Shown here piece after piece: positions 37,027-45,588 of a DNA stretch of 64,000 nt. Origin of the DNA: Chloroflexota bacterium (lineage in GTDB: Bacteria; Chloroflexota; Dormibacteria; CF-121); contig VBDZ01000002.1 of NCBI GenBank assembly GCA_005881215.1, positions 382 through 64,381 on the forward strand, written 5' to 3'. How positions within the stretch are numbered: the stretch's first letter is position 1; each line of letters starts with the position of its first letter. A model generated the notes under the pieces. That model was not told where the DNA came from. It did not search any database and saw only the letters and a program-made list of their open reading frames with translations. A program made the translations under genes and the position numbers.

Positions 37027-38082
37027 TTGAACGAGCCAGCGCCGCGCCGGCGCAGCCGTGCTCTCGGCTGTGTCCAGTGGTTCGTCGCCATCCTGTTCCT
37101 GCTGCCCGCCGCACTGGGGATCCCCGGCGTGCTCGCCTACAACTGGGTGGATCACCAGCTTCACCAACCGGCCAACCCGGCCAACGCGAAGGTGCGCTTC
37201 GTCGTCCCGCCGGGCGCGACCTTCCACGAAGTCGCCGACACCCTGCATCGCGTCGGTCTGATCGACTCGGTGACGGTCTTCGACTTCTACGCTCGCTACA
37301 AGCACCTCGACCGCAACGTCCAGGCGGGCGCCTACCAACTGAGCCGAAATCTCAACATGGTGCAGATTCTGTCGGCGCTGCAAACCGCCATACCCGACGA
37401 GGTCTTCGCCACCATCCCGGAGGGGTACACCATCAAGAAGACCGCCACCCGGCTCGACCAGGGTGGGATGATCAAGGGCAGCGACTACATCGCCGCGGCG
37501 GTGGCGGGCCCGTACAACTACGACTTCCTCAAGGAGCTTCAACCGGGCACGTCCCTTGAGGGGTTCCTCTTCCCGGATACGTACCTGATCCCACGGAACG
37601 GGACGGCGAAACAGCTGGTGACGCTACAGCTCGAGGCCTTCAGCAAGCATTGGGACGACACCCGCAAGACACAGGCGACCCAGCGCAAGCTCTCGGCGCT
37701 CCAGATCGTGACCCTGGCCTCCATGATCGAACGGGAAGCGCGGTTCGATGAGGACCGGCCGCTGGTCGCCAGCGTCATCTACAACCGGCTGTCAGCCGGC
37801 TGGCCGCTGCAGGTCGACGCCACGGTGCTCTATGCCAAGGGCGAGTGGCAGGCGTCGGTCACCACCCAGGACCGCATGATTCAGTCGCCCTACAACACCT
37901 ATTTACATACAGGACTCCCACCGGGACCGATCGCGAACCCTGGCATCAAGGCGATCGATGCCGCCCTCCAACCCGCTCAAACCGGCTACTTCTTCTACCT
38001 CTCCGACCCGCAGGGTCACAACCACTACGCCAAGACCAACGACGAGTTCGCCCGCCTCCTCAAGCAGTACGGCCTCCAGTAG
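37027..38082 (+). CDS. mltG: endolytic murein transglycosylase MltG (YceG-like)
   Basis: N-terminal TM helix. LASMIEREA...VIYNRL....LQVDATVLYA...SPYNTYLHTGLPPGPIANPG. Confidence 0.93.
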   Translation: MNEPAPRRRSRALGCVQWFVAILFLLPAALGIPGVLAYNWVDHQLHQPANPANAKVRFVVPPGATFHEVADTLHRVGLIDSVTVFDFYARYKHLDRNVQAGAYQLSRNLNMVQILSALQTAIPDEVFATIPEGYTIKKTATRLDQGGMIKGSDYIAAAVAGPYNYDFLKELQPGTSLEGFLFPDTYLIPRNGTAKQLVTLQLEAFSKHWDDTRKTQATQRKLSALQIVTLASMIEREARFDEDRPLVASVIYNRLSAGWPLQVDATVLYAKGEWQASVTTQDRMIQSPYNTYLHTGLPPGPIANPGIKAIDAALQPAQTGYFFYLSDPQGHNHYAKTNDEFARLLKQYGLQ

Positions 38083-38083
38083 G

Positions 38084-38908
38084 CTGCTGCTGGTCGGCGG
38101 GGCGGAGGACGCTCAGCTGGCCGCCGAGCTATACGACGCCGGTTTCCGCGCGGCGGGGATCGAGGCGAGCAGCGAGCCCCGAACCGTGCTGCCGGACGGT
38201 CTGGCCGAGGCCGTCGCCGGGATGCGAGCCGACAAGCGGGTCCTCGGCGCAGCCGTCACCAGGCCCCACACCGTGGCCGTCGCCCGGCTGCTCGATGGCC
38301 TCGGGCCGGAGGCCCAGGTGGTCAGGGCCGTGAACACGATCACCCATCGTGCCGGGGCTCTGATCGGCTGGAACACGGACCGCTCCGCGTTCCTCCAGGC
38401 CCTCGACGAGGCCGGCTTTCAGCCCAAGGGCCACGCGGCATTGGTGCTGGGGGCCGGTGGCGCAGCCCGCGCATCGGTGGACGCGCTGCGGGAGGCGGCG
38501 ACGACAAAGATCTGGGTCGCCAGCCAGGACCTCGATGAGGCTCGAGCGGTGTGCCGGGATCTGGAGGTGACCGTCGGCGGCCCCACTCCGCTAGGGTCGC
38601 TGTCGCTGGTGGCCCGCAAGGTCGACTTGATTGTGAACGCGACGCCGGTTGGAAGCGACGGCGAAACCGTCCTGTTTCCGGTGGATTGGATCACGCCGGC
38701 CCAGTTCGTCTTCGACCTGGTTTACCAGCCGGCGGTCACGCCCCTGGTCCGCGGCGCACGGGATCGGGGCGCCCGCGCCATCAACGGCTTGACCATGCTG
38801 TTGTTCCAGGCCCTGGCCGCCTTCGAGATTTGGACCGGCCAGCCGGCGCCTGAAGCGGCCATGCGGGCGGCCCTGGAGCGGGCGGTCGTCGGACGGTTGA
38901 GCGCGTGA
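38084..38908 (+). CDS. aroE: shikimate dehydrogenase
   Basis: AVTRPHT (NVTxPxK-like), VNTI, GWNTD, VLGAGGAARA. The only canonical start (ATG 37958) would give a 125-nt out-of-frame overlap with conserved mltG sequence and a low-complexity S/T/P N-terminus. CTG 38084 lies 1 nt after the mltG stop. The start is uncertain. Confidence 0.85.
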   Translation: MLLVGGAEDAQLAAELYDAGFRAAGIEASSEPRTVLPDGLAEAVAGMRADKRVLGAAVTRPHTVAVARLLDGLGPEAQVVRAVNTITHRAGALIGWNTDRSAFLQALDEAGFQPKGHAALVLGAGGAARASVDALREAATTKIWVASQDLDEARAVCRDLEVTVGGPTPLGSLSLVARKVDLIVNATPVGSDGETVLFPVDWITPAQFVFDLVYQPAVTPLVRGARDRGARAINGLTMLLFQALAAFEIWTGQPAPEAAMRAALERAVVGRLSA

Positions 38909-39576
38909 ACCACTTGCTGTTCGCGTTCGCCTGGGCGGTCGTCGGTGGGATCGTCGGCGCCAGCCTGAACTACCTGTCCCGCTGGCTTGCCCGGATCGAG
39001 GAAATCGAGTTCCGGCAATCGGTTCGCGAGATGCTCCTGATGCCCGCTCTGGGCGCCGGATTCTTCTTTCTCTTCGCGCTCCAGCTGGGCATCCAGCGGG
39101 TGCTCTTCATCGACTCGGTGTACGCCGCCATCCTGGTCCAGGTGCTCGCCTTCGATCTCAAGACCCGCTACATCCTCGACCTGGTCATGTTCCCCAGCTG
39201 GGTGATCGCCTTTGCCCTCGCCTTCGTCACGCCGTGGACCGCCTACCTCACCTGGCCCTGGCCCGACTGGCGCACCGCTCCCGTCGCCGCGCTGATCGCC
39301 GGCGGGATCTTCTTCCTGCTCTATTTCGGCGGCCAGGCCGTCTTTGGCGCTGAGGCGTTCGGCTTCGGCGACGTCAAGCTGGCCGTGTTCATCGGGATGG
39401 CGACCGGGTTGACGAATCTCCGAATGGTCCACGCGCTGCTCTACGGCGTCTTTCTGGGCGGGTTTGTGGCGATAATTCTGCTCATCACCCGGATTCGTCA
39501 CCTGAAAGAGGCGGTCCCTTATGGCCCGTTTCTTGTCATTGGGACCCTGATCAGCCTCTACGCCCAGGCACCATGA
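38905..39576 (+). CDS. A24-family prepilin-peptidase-like aspartic protease (no methyltransferase domain)
   Basis: Polytopic membrane protein with both catalytic-Asp contexts (FDLKTRYILD and FGFGDVKLAVFIG). Confidence 0.8.
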   Translation: MNHLLFAFAWAVVGGIVGASLNYLSRWLARIEEIEFRQSVREMLLMPALGAGFFFLFALQLGIQRVLFIDSVYAAILVQVLAFDLKTRYILDLVMFPSWVIAFALAFVTPWTAYLTWPWPDWRTAPVAALIAGGIFFLLYFGGQAVFGAEAFGFGDVKLAVFIGMATGLTNLRMVHALLYGVFLGGFVAIILLITRIRHLKEAVPYGPFLVIGTLISLYAQAP

Positions 39577-40058
39577 AGGCGCGCGACCTGCTGCCCGGCG
39601 AGCGGGTCCTGGCCAGTTCCTCGCGTCACTGGGTGGTGCTGGTGCGCCCGACCGTCACCACGATCGTGGCGGTGGCGATCGCCCTGGTGGTCGCCGTCCT
39701 GCTGCCGATCCAGTCCGAACTGCGCCTTTTCTTGATGCTCGGCGTGCTCGTGGCCGGCCTGTTGGTCCTCAACCTCTATTACTGGGCCTGGCGGGCGCAC
39801 GAGTACGTGCTGACCGATCAGCGCGTGATCCTGAACGAAGGCATCATTTCTAAGTTTTCCCGATCGATCTCCATCGATCGGATCCAGGACCTGACCACGT
39901 TCCAGGGGCTGTGGGGCCGAACCTGGGGCTTTGGGGATATCGAGCTGGAGTCCGCCGGGCGGGATAGCGCCGAAGTGCTCAGCACGGTGCCGCGACCGCA
40001 GCAGCTGCGAAACGCCATCTTCGCCCAGATCGAGGCAAGGCGCAGGCCCCCACCCTAA
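39573..40058 (+). CDS. bacterial PH-domain (bPH_2/YdbS-like) membrane protein
   Basis: Two TM helices followed by EYVLTDQRVILNEGIISKFSRSISIDRIQD...FGDIELESAG. Confidence 0.75.
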   Translation: MKARDLLPGERVLASSSRHWVVLVRPTVTTIVAVAIALVVAVLLPIQSELRLFLMLGVLVAGLLVLNLYYWAWRAHEYVLTDQRVILNEGIISKFSRSISIDRIQDLTTFQGLWGRTWGFGDIELESAGRDSAEVLSTVPRPQQLRNAIFAQIEARRRPPP

Positions 40059-40164
40059 CCCGAACGTCTCAAACGCTCGCCTGGCACTAAAGCGCCGCTC
40101 GCGTGGGCCGACGGGCCCGCCCCGCAAGCGGGGAGGGAAATATGGGTAGAATCCCTTGCCGGAC

Positions 40165-40722
40165 ATGGTGAACCCCAGCGATTTTCGGAATGGCATGACC
40201 ATCGAATGGGAGGGCGGACTCTGGGTGGTGCTCGAGTTCCAGCAGGGCCAGAATGCGCGCGGAGACACCTTCTTCCGCACCAAGCTTCGAAACGTGCGCT
40301 CCGGCGCGATTATCGACCAGAAGTTCCGCGACAAGGACCGGTTTGCCCGCGCCCGGATCGAAAAGGTCTCCATGCAGTACCTTTACAGCGACGGTGACCG
40401 CCATTTCTTCATGGACCTGGCGAACTACGATCAGCTGCCGCTCAACGATGACCAGCTGGGCGACAGCTTGAAATACCTGAAAGAAAACTCGGCGATCTCG
40501 GTCTTGATGTACGACGGCCAGCCGCTGGGCGTCGAGCTTCCGACCACCGTTGATCTGAAAGTGACACAGACTGCCCCCGGCTTTCGGGGAGACACCGCCG
40601 CTGGGGGTGGCAAGCCGGCTACGGTTGAAACCGGGCTGACCCTCAACGTGCCGTTTTTTGTCAACGAGGGCGACGTCATCCGGGTCGATACCCGGAGCGG
40701 CGCCTACGTGGAGCGCGTCTGA
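40165..40722 (+). CDS. efp: elongation factor P with an atypical beta3-beta4 loop
   Basis: MVNPSDFRNGMTIEWEG...YLYSDGD..FFMD...VTQTAPGFRGDTAAGGGKPATVETGLTLNVPFFVNEGDVIRVDTRSGAYVERV. The loop reads EFQQGQNARGDTFFRTKLRN instead of xVKPGKGxAFxRTKLxN. Confidence 0.92.
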   Translation: MVNPSDFRNGMTIEWEGGLWVVLEFQQGQNARGDTFFRTKLRNVRSGAIIDQKFRDKDRFARARIEKVSMQYLYSDGDRHFFMDLANYDQLPLNDDQLGDSLKYLKENSAISVLMYDGQPLGVELPTTVDLKVTQTAPGFRGDTAAGGGKPATVETGLTLNVPFFVNEGDVIRVDTRSGAYVERV

Positions 40723-41075
40723 TGGCCGGCGACCGCCCGCTGGGATCGGTCAAAGTGGCCAACGAGGTGATCGCCCATATCGCCTCGCTCACGGCGAGCC
40801 AGGTTCAGGGGGTTGCCGGCATGTACCAGGCCCGGGCCCGCGACGGCCACCGGGTGCTGCCGGCGAGCAGCTCGTACAAGGGCGTCCGGGTCGACATGGG
40901 AAATGAGGCGCTCAACCTGGAATTGTTCCTCGTCGTCGACCACTCCGCGCACGTCCCCACTGTGGCCGCGGAGGTCCAGCGCCAGGTGGCGGACGCGGTC
41001 GACAAGATGCTCGGCCTCGAGGTTCGCCAGGTGAACGTTTTCGTCGGCGACGTGAGGTTCCCCGAGGACGGGTAG
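40722..41075 (+). CDS. Asp23/Gls24-family envelope stress protein
   Basis: GSVKVANEVIAHIASLTASQVQGVAGM... It occupies the same position before nusB as Bacillus yqhY. Confidence 0.85.
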   Translation: MAGDRPLGSVKVANEVIAHIASLTASQVQGVAGMYQARARDGHRVLPASSSYKGVRVDMGNEALNLELFLVVDHSAHVPTVAAEVQRQVADAVDKMLGLEVRQVNVFVGDVRFPEDG

Positions 41076-41106
41076 TGCCACGCCTCTTCGACGGGGCGCA
41101 GCGCTG

Positions 41107-41559
41107 ATGGGACGGCGTCACCTGGCCCGAGAGCTCGCGCTCAAGGTGCTCTTCGAGCTCGAGGCGGATGGAGGAGATGCGGAGCGCGCTCTCCAGTACC
41201 ACGTCGCCGAGTCGCGCGCGGACGCGGAGGTGGCGGACTTCGCCCGGACCCTGATTCTCGGCGTGCTCGAACACCGCGCGGAGATCGATGCCCGGCTGGC
41301 CGAGGCCTCCCGCAACTGGGGGCTCGACCAGATGGCCAAGGTGGAACGCACCCTGTTGCGGATCGCCGGGTTCGAAATTCTGTTCCTGCCCAGCGTGCCG
41401 CTCAAGGCGGCGATCAACGAATCGATCGAGCTGGCCAAGACCTTCGGCGGGCCGGACTCCGGCAAATTCGTCAACGGCATCCTCGGCCGGATCGCCGCGG
41501 ATGCCGAAACCGGGCGACCGCCGGAGGATCAGGCGGCCGCCGTGCGGGACGCGTCCTGA
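41107..41559 (+). CDS. nusB: transcription antitermination factor NusB
   Basis: RRHLARELALKVLFELE...ERTLLRIAGFEILF...INESIELAKTFGG..SGKFVNGILG. Confidence 0.94.
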   Translation: MGRRHLARELALKVLFELEADGGDAERALQYHVAESRADAEVADFARTLILGVLEHRAEIDARLAEASRNWGLDQMAKVERTLLRIAGFEILFLPSVPLKAAINESIELAKTFGGPDSGKFVNGILGRIAADAETGRPPEDQAAAVRDAS

Positions 41560-41561
41560 GC

Positions 41562-41780
41562 ATGAACGAGGACATCGCGCAGATGGATTACGAGGCGGCC
41601 GCCGCCGAGCTGGAGCGCACGGTTCAGCAGCTGGGCAAAGAGCAGGAGGACCTCGCTGAATCCGTGCGCGCATTCGAGCGTGGATTGGCGCTGGCGCGTC
41701 GCTGCGGCCGGCTCCTCGATGAGGCGGAGCGCCGGCTCAACGAGCTCGCACCGGCCGCCCAGCGCTCGACCGGCCCGTGA
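41562..41780 (+). CDS. xseB: exodeoxyribonuclease VII small subunit
   Basis: YEAAAAELERTVQQLGKEQEDLAESVRAFERGLALARRCGRLLDEAERRL. Confidence 0.88.
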   Translation: MNEDIAQMDYEAAAAELERTVQQLGKEQEDLAESVRAFERGLALARRCGRLLDEAERRLNELAPAAQRSTGP

Positions 41781-42214
41781 GCCTGCTGCAAAACCCGTAC
41801 TTCGTCGTTCCGCTGGTGGCGTGGGCGATCGCCCAGACCGCCAAGGTGATCATCGACTCGGTCCTGTTGCACCGGCTGAGTGTGCGCAGGCTGGCGACGG
41901 CCGGAGGGATGCCGAGCTCGCACAGCGCGCTGGTGGTGTCCCTCACGACAATCATCGGCCGGATGCAGGGGATCCAGTCGCCGCTGTTCGCGCTGGCCCT
42001 GATCTTCAGTTCGGTTGTCATGTATGACGCGACCGGCGTACGCCGGGCGGCGGGGCAGCAGGCGATGATCCTCAACCGGCTGCTGGACGACCTGTTTATC
42101 GCCCATCGCGGCATCCACCAGGTTCGGCTGCGCGAGCTGCTCGGGCACACGCCGATCGAGGTGATCGCGGGCGCACTTCTCGGGGTCGTGATCGGCCTCG
42201 GCCTGTGGCGATGA
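41777..42214 (+). CDS. divergent PAP2 family (DUF212/YuiD-like) membrane protein
   Basis: GGMPSSHSALVVSL...VMYDATGVRRAAGQQA...ELLGHTPIEVIAGALLG. Confidence 0.85.
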   Translation: MSLLQNPYFVVPLVAWAIAQTAKVIIDSVLLHRLSVRRLATAGGMPSSHSALVVSLTTIIGRMQGIQSPLFALALIFSSVVMYDATGVRRAAGQQAMILNRLLDDLFIAHRGIHQVRLRELLGHTPIEVIAGALLGVVIGLGLWR

Positions 42215-42948
42215 TCGTGGCGCAACGGCGGCGCCTCGATCAGGCCCTGGTCGAACGCGGCCTGGTCACGTCGCGCGAACGGGCGCAAGCGATGGTCCGG
42301 GCGGGCCTGGTCCGGGTTGCCGGCGCCCCCACGGAGCGGCCCGATCAGCTGGTGGCGGCGGACCAGCCGATCGAGATTACCGGTGCGAGGGACTATGTCA
42401 GCCGCGGCGGGGAGAAACTGGCGGCCGCGCTCGACGCCTTCGCCGTCGATCCCCGGGACCGTACCTGTCTCGATGTGGGTGCCTCGACCGGCGGCTTCAC
42501 CGACGTCTTGCTGCAACGCGGCGCCGAGCGCGTGATCGCCGTCGACGTCGGCTATGGCCAGCTCGCCTGGAGCCTTCGCCAGGATCCACGCGTGACCGTC
42601 ATCGAGCGGGTGAACATCCGCCATCTCGAGCAGCTACCGCAGCCGGCTGACCTCGCGGTGATCGACGTCTCCTTCATTTCGCTGCGGCTGGTGCTGCCGC
42701 GGGTTCGCGAGCTGCTCCGGCCGCCGGGCGACGTCGTGGCGCTGGTCAAGCCGCAGTTCGAGGTCGGCAAGGGAGCGGTAGGAAAGGGTGGGGTGGTCCG
42801 GGATCCGGCGCAACACGACCAGGTTCTCAACGAGCTTCGCCGTTTTGCGGCCGAGATCGGCTACCAGGTGGCCGGCCAGATCCCCTCGCCCGTACTCGGG
42901 ACGAAGGGCAACCGCGAATTCCTGCTGTACTTGAAGCCTCATGCCTGA
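42205..42948 (+). CDS. tlyA: TlyA-family rRNA 2'-O-methyltransferase
   Basis: S4-like RLDQALVERGLVTSRERAQAMVRAGLVRV. SAM motif CLDVGASTGGFTDVLLQRGA..V.AVDVGYGQL. Confidence 0.9.
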   Translation: MAMIVAQRRRLDQALVERGLVTSRERAQAMVRAGLVRVAGAPTERPDQLVAADQPIEITGARDYVSRGGEKLAAALDAFAVDPRDRTCLDVGASTGGFTDVLLQRGAERVIAVDVGYGQLAWSLRQDPRVTVIERVNIRHLEQLPQPADLAVIDVSFISLRLVLPRVRELLRPPGDVVALVKPQFEVGKGAVGKGGVVRDPAQHDQVLNELRRFAAEIGYQVAGQIPSPVLGTKGNREFLLYLKPHA

Positions 42949-43786
42949 GGCGGTGGGGATCGTCTGCCACCCGCGCATCGATATTGGCGGTGAGCCGGTG
43001 ATGCAGGCGCGACGCCGGCTCGAGCAGCGCGGCTTTCGCGTGTGGACCTACTGCGCCACCGCCGAGGAGCGCCCCGGCGCGCTCGTCAGTGACCTCGACG
43101 GCACCCGCCTGATCGTCAGCATCGGCGGCGATGGCACCCTGTTATGGACGGCCCAGCAGGCGGCCGTCGCCAGGATTCCCGTCCTCGGGATCAACGCCGG
43201 ACGGCTCGGCTTCCTGACCCAGGTGCAGCTCGGTGAGGAGGGAACAGCCCTCGACCGTTGGGCCGAGGGGGACTTCCGGTTGCACCGGCGCGCGCTGCTC
43301 GAGGCTCGGGTTGGGGATCGGGTCTTCCATGCCTTGAACGACACGGTGGTTCACAAGGGGATCGACATCAACCTGATCCGGTTGGAGGTCTCGGTTGACG
43401 GGGTGACCGCGGGTCACTTCGACGCCGACGGGGTGATCGTCTCCACGCCCACCGGCTCGACCGGCTACGGCCTGTCGCTGGGGGGACCAATCGTTCATCC
43501 AGATGTCCGGGCCCTCGTCTTCATGCCGCTGAACCCGCACAGCCTCTTCAATCGCCCGGTCGTTATCCCGGAGAGCGCGCGGGTTGTGATTCACGTGCCG
43601 ACGGCGTCGGCGATTCTGACTTGCGACGGGCAACAGAATGCCGCGCTGCAGCCCGGCGCCCGGATCGAGATCGCCGCACCGGGGCTGGAGGTCCAGCTGG
43701 TGCAGTTCGACGGCGGCCGCAACTTCTTCGAGTTGCTGCGCCGCAAGTTGCGCTGGGGCCTGCCGCTCACCGACGGCGATCCATGA
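42941..43786 (+). CDS. nadK: NAD kinase
   Basis: IGGDGTLL...GINAGRLGFLT...STPTGSTGY.LS.GGPIVHP. Confidence 0.93.
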   Translation: MPEAVGIVCHPRIDIGGEPVMQARRRLEQRGFRVWTYCATAEERPGALVSDLDGTRLIVSIGGDGTLLWTAQQAAVARIPVLGINAGRLGFLTQVQLGEEGTALDRWAEGDFRLHRRALLEARVGDRVFHALNDTVVHKGIDINLIRLEVSVDGVTAGHFDADGVIVSTPTGSTGYGLSLGGPIVHPDVRALVFMPLNPHSLFNRPVVIPESARVVIHVPTASAILTCDGQQNAALQPGARIEIAAPGLEVQLVQFDGGRNFFELLRRKLRWGLPLTDGDP

Positions 43787-43814
43787 CACGCGGGAAACCC
43801 CGCGACCCTGAAAC

Positions 43815-44315
43815 ATGATGAGCTCGGCACGGCACCGCGTCGGCCAGTTCTGGCGTCACGCGTCGGCGCAGGTCAGCCCGTCCGAAGCCGCCAACGCCGA
43901 GCAGATTCTCGGACCGGATCTCGCTTCCCTGTTCTTCCATCTGCCGGTCAATGACCAGCGGCACGGGCTCGACGTGCTCGCCACGGTGCGCCAACTCGAC
44001 GGCGAGCCGAGCCGGCTGTTGGAGCAGGCGGCCTTACTCCACGATGTGGGCAAGAGCGGCGCCGACTTCTCGGTCATCGATCGCAGCCTGACAGTCTTCC
44101 TGGCGGCGTCGCCGCGGTTGCTCAACGCGTTGCTTGGCGCCAGACCGGGCTTTGCCCGCCGCCACGCCATCTACGCGGACCACGCCCGAATCGGCGCCGC
44201 GCGATTGCACGCTGTCGGTGCCACCGAGCTGGCGGGTATCGTGGCGGAACACCATGCCGCGCACCCGGCGTCCGAGGTGACCCGACGTTTGCAGCGGGCG
44301 GATCGACGAAACTGA
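43815..44315 (+). CDS. HD-domain phosphohydrolase-like protein
   Basis: QRHGLDVL......AALLHDVGK is an H...HD pattern. No closer assignment is possible. Confidence 0.7.
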   Translation: MMSSARHRVGQFWRHASAQVSPSEAANAEQILGPDLASLFFHLPVNDQRHGLDVLATVRQLDGEPSRLLEQAALLHDVGKSGADFSVIDRSLTVFLAASPRLLNALLGARPGFARRHAIYADHARIGAARLHAVGATELAGIVAEHHAAHPASEVTRRLQRADRRN

Positions 44316-44323
44316 GCCGAGAG

Positions 44324-45052
44324 GTGGCGACGGAGCTCGAGCGTGACCCGGTCTACCTGGTGCGGACGCCGGCCTTCGACGGGCCGATCGAGCTGTTGCT
44401 GACCCTGGCGCAGCGGGCCGAGGTGGACCTGAAGGCGATCCCGCTCGCCAGCTTGACCGATGACTATCTCCGGGCCATCGAGCAGGACCGCCCGCCGCTG
44501 GAGCGGCTGGCGGGGTTCCTGGTGATCGGCGCCCGTCTGGTCCAGCTCAAGGCCGCCGGCTTGATGCCCGAGTCGGTGGCCGGGGAAGAAGAGGAGCTCG
44601 AGGCCTGGGAGGATGCGATCAAGGGACGCCTCGAAGAGTACAAACGGTTCAAGGAGCTCGCCGAGTCGTTGATGCGCCGCCACGCCACCGGGCGATTTAC
44701 CTTTGCCGGCTTGCTGGAGCCCGACGTAGTGCCGCAGGCGCGCGTCCAGGTGAGCCTCGAGGCGCTGGCCAGCGCCTTCCAGCAGGTTCTCGATCGGCTG
44801 CCGCCGCCGCAGCAGGTCACCGTCGAGATGGAGCAGGTTTCGCTGGCGGATAAGCTCGAGGAGCTCCGCTCGATGCTCGGGCGGCAACCGCAGATGAACT
44901 TCAGCGCGATGTTCCGTCACGCTCGCACCCGGCTCGAGGCGGTGGTCACCTTCCTCGCGCTGCTGGAGCTGATTAGAATCGGTCAGGCCCGGGTGGCCCA
45001 GGCCTCGGCCTTCGCGGAAATCATGGTCTACGGACAGGAGACGGAGCAATGA
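44324..45052 (+). CDS. scpA: segregation and condensation protein A
   Basis: FDGPIELLLTLAQRAEVDLKAIPLASLTDDYL. C-terminal ...VTFLALLELIR. Confidence 0.9.
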   Translation: MATELERDPVYLVRTPAFDGPIELLLTLAQRAEVDLKAIPLASLTDDYLRAIEQDRPPLERLAGFLVIGARLVQLKAAGLMPESVAGEEEELEAWEDAIKGRLEEYKRFKELAESLMRRHATGRFTFAGLLEPDVVPQARVQVSLEALASAFQQVLDRLPPPQQVTVEMEQVSLADKLEELRSMLGRQPQMNFSAMFRHARTRLEAVVTFLALLELIRIGQARVAQASAFAEIMVYGQETEQ

Positions 45053-45588
45053 TCGGGGTGCGGGATACCGCAGGACTGGCGGCGGCGCTGGAAGCCGTGC
45101 TGTTCACCCTCAACCGCCCGGTCACCGTGCTGGAATTACAGGAGATCCTGCAATCGCCGCTGCCCGATGTGGAAGCCGCGGCGACCGCGCTGGGCGGATC
45201 GCTGGACGGCAGAGGCCTCTTCCTGCAACGACACCAGGACCAGCTGCAGCTGGTCACCGACCCGGCGCAGGCAGACGTCGTGCGGCGGGTGCTGCGGCCC
45301 GAGTACCCGTCGAGGCTTTCACCCGCCGCCTATGAAACCCTGGCGATCATCGCCTACCGGCAGCCGCTCACCCGGGCGCGGATCGAGGAAATCCGGGGAG
45401 TGAACTGCGAGGCGGTGCTGGAGAGCCTGGAGGAGAAGGGCCTGATCGAGGAGACCGGGCGGCTCGACGCGCCCGGCACTCCGCGGCTTTTCGGGACGAC
45501 CATGAAGTTCCTGCAGATCCTCGGGCTCAGCAGCCTCGACGAGCTGCCCCCGTTACCACAATCACAATCCGGCTCAACCACTTCCTAG
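45049..45588 (+). CDS. scpB: segregation and condensation protein B
   Basis: LEAVLFTLNRPVTVLEL...LSPAAYETLAIIAYRQPLTRARIEEIRGV....LESLEEKGLIEE. Confidence 0.9.
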   Translation: MIGVRDTAGLAAALEAVLFTLNRPVTVLELQEILQSPLPDVEAAATALGGSLDGRGLFLQRHQDQLQLVTDPAQADVVRRVLRPEYPSRLSPAAYETLAIIAYRQPLTRARIEEIRGVNCEAVLESLEEKGLIEETGRLDAPGTPRLFGTTMKFLQILGLSSLDELPPLPQSQSGSTTS

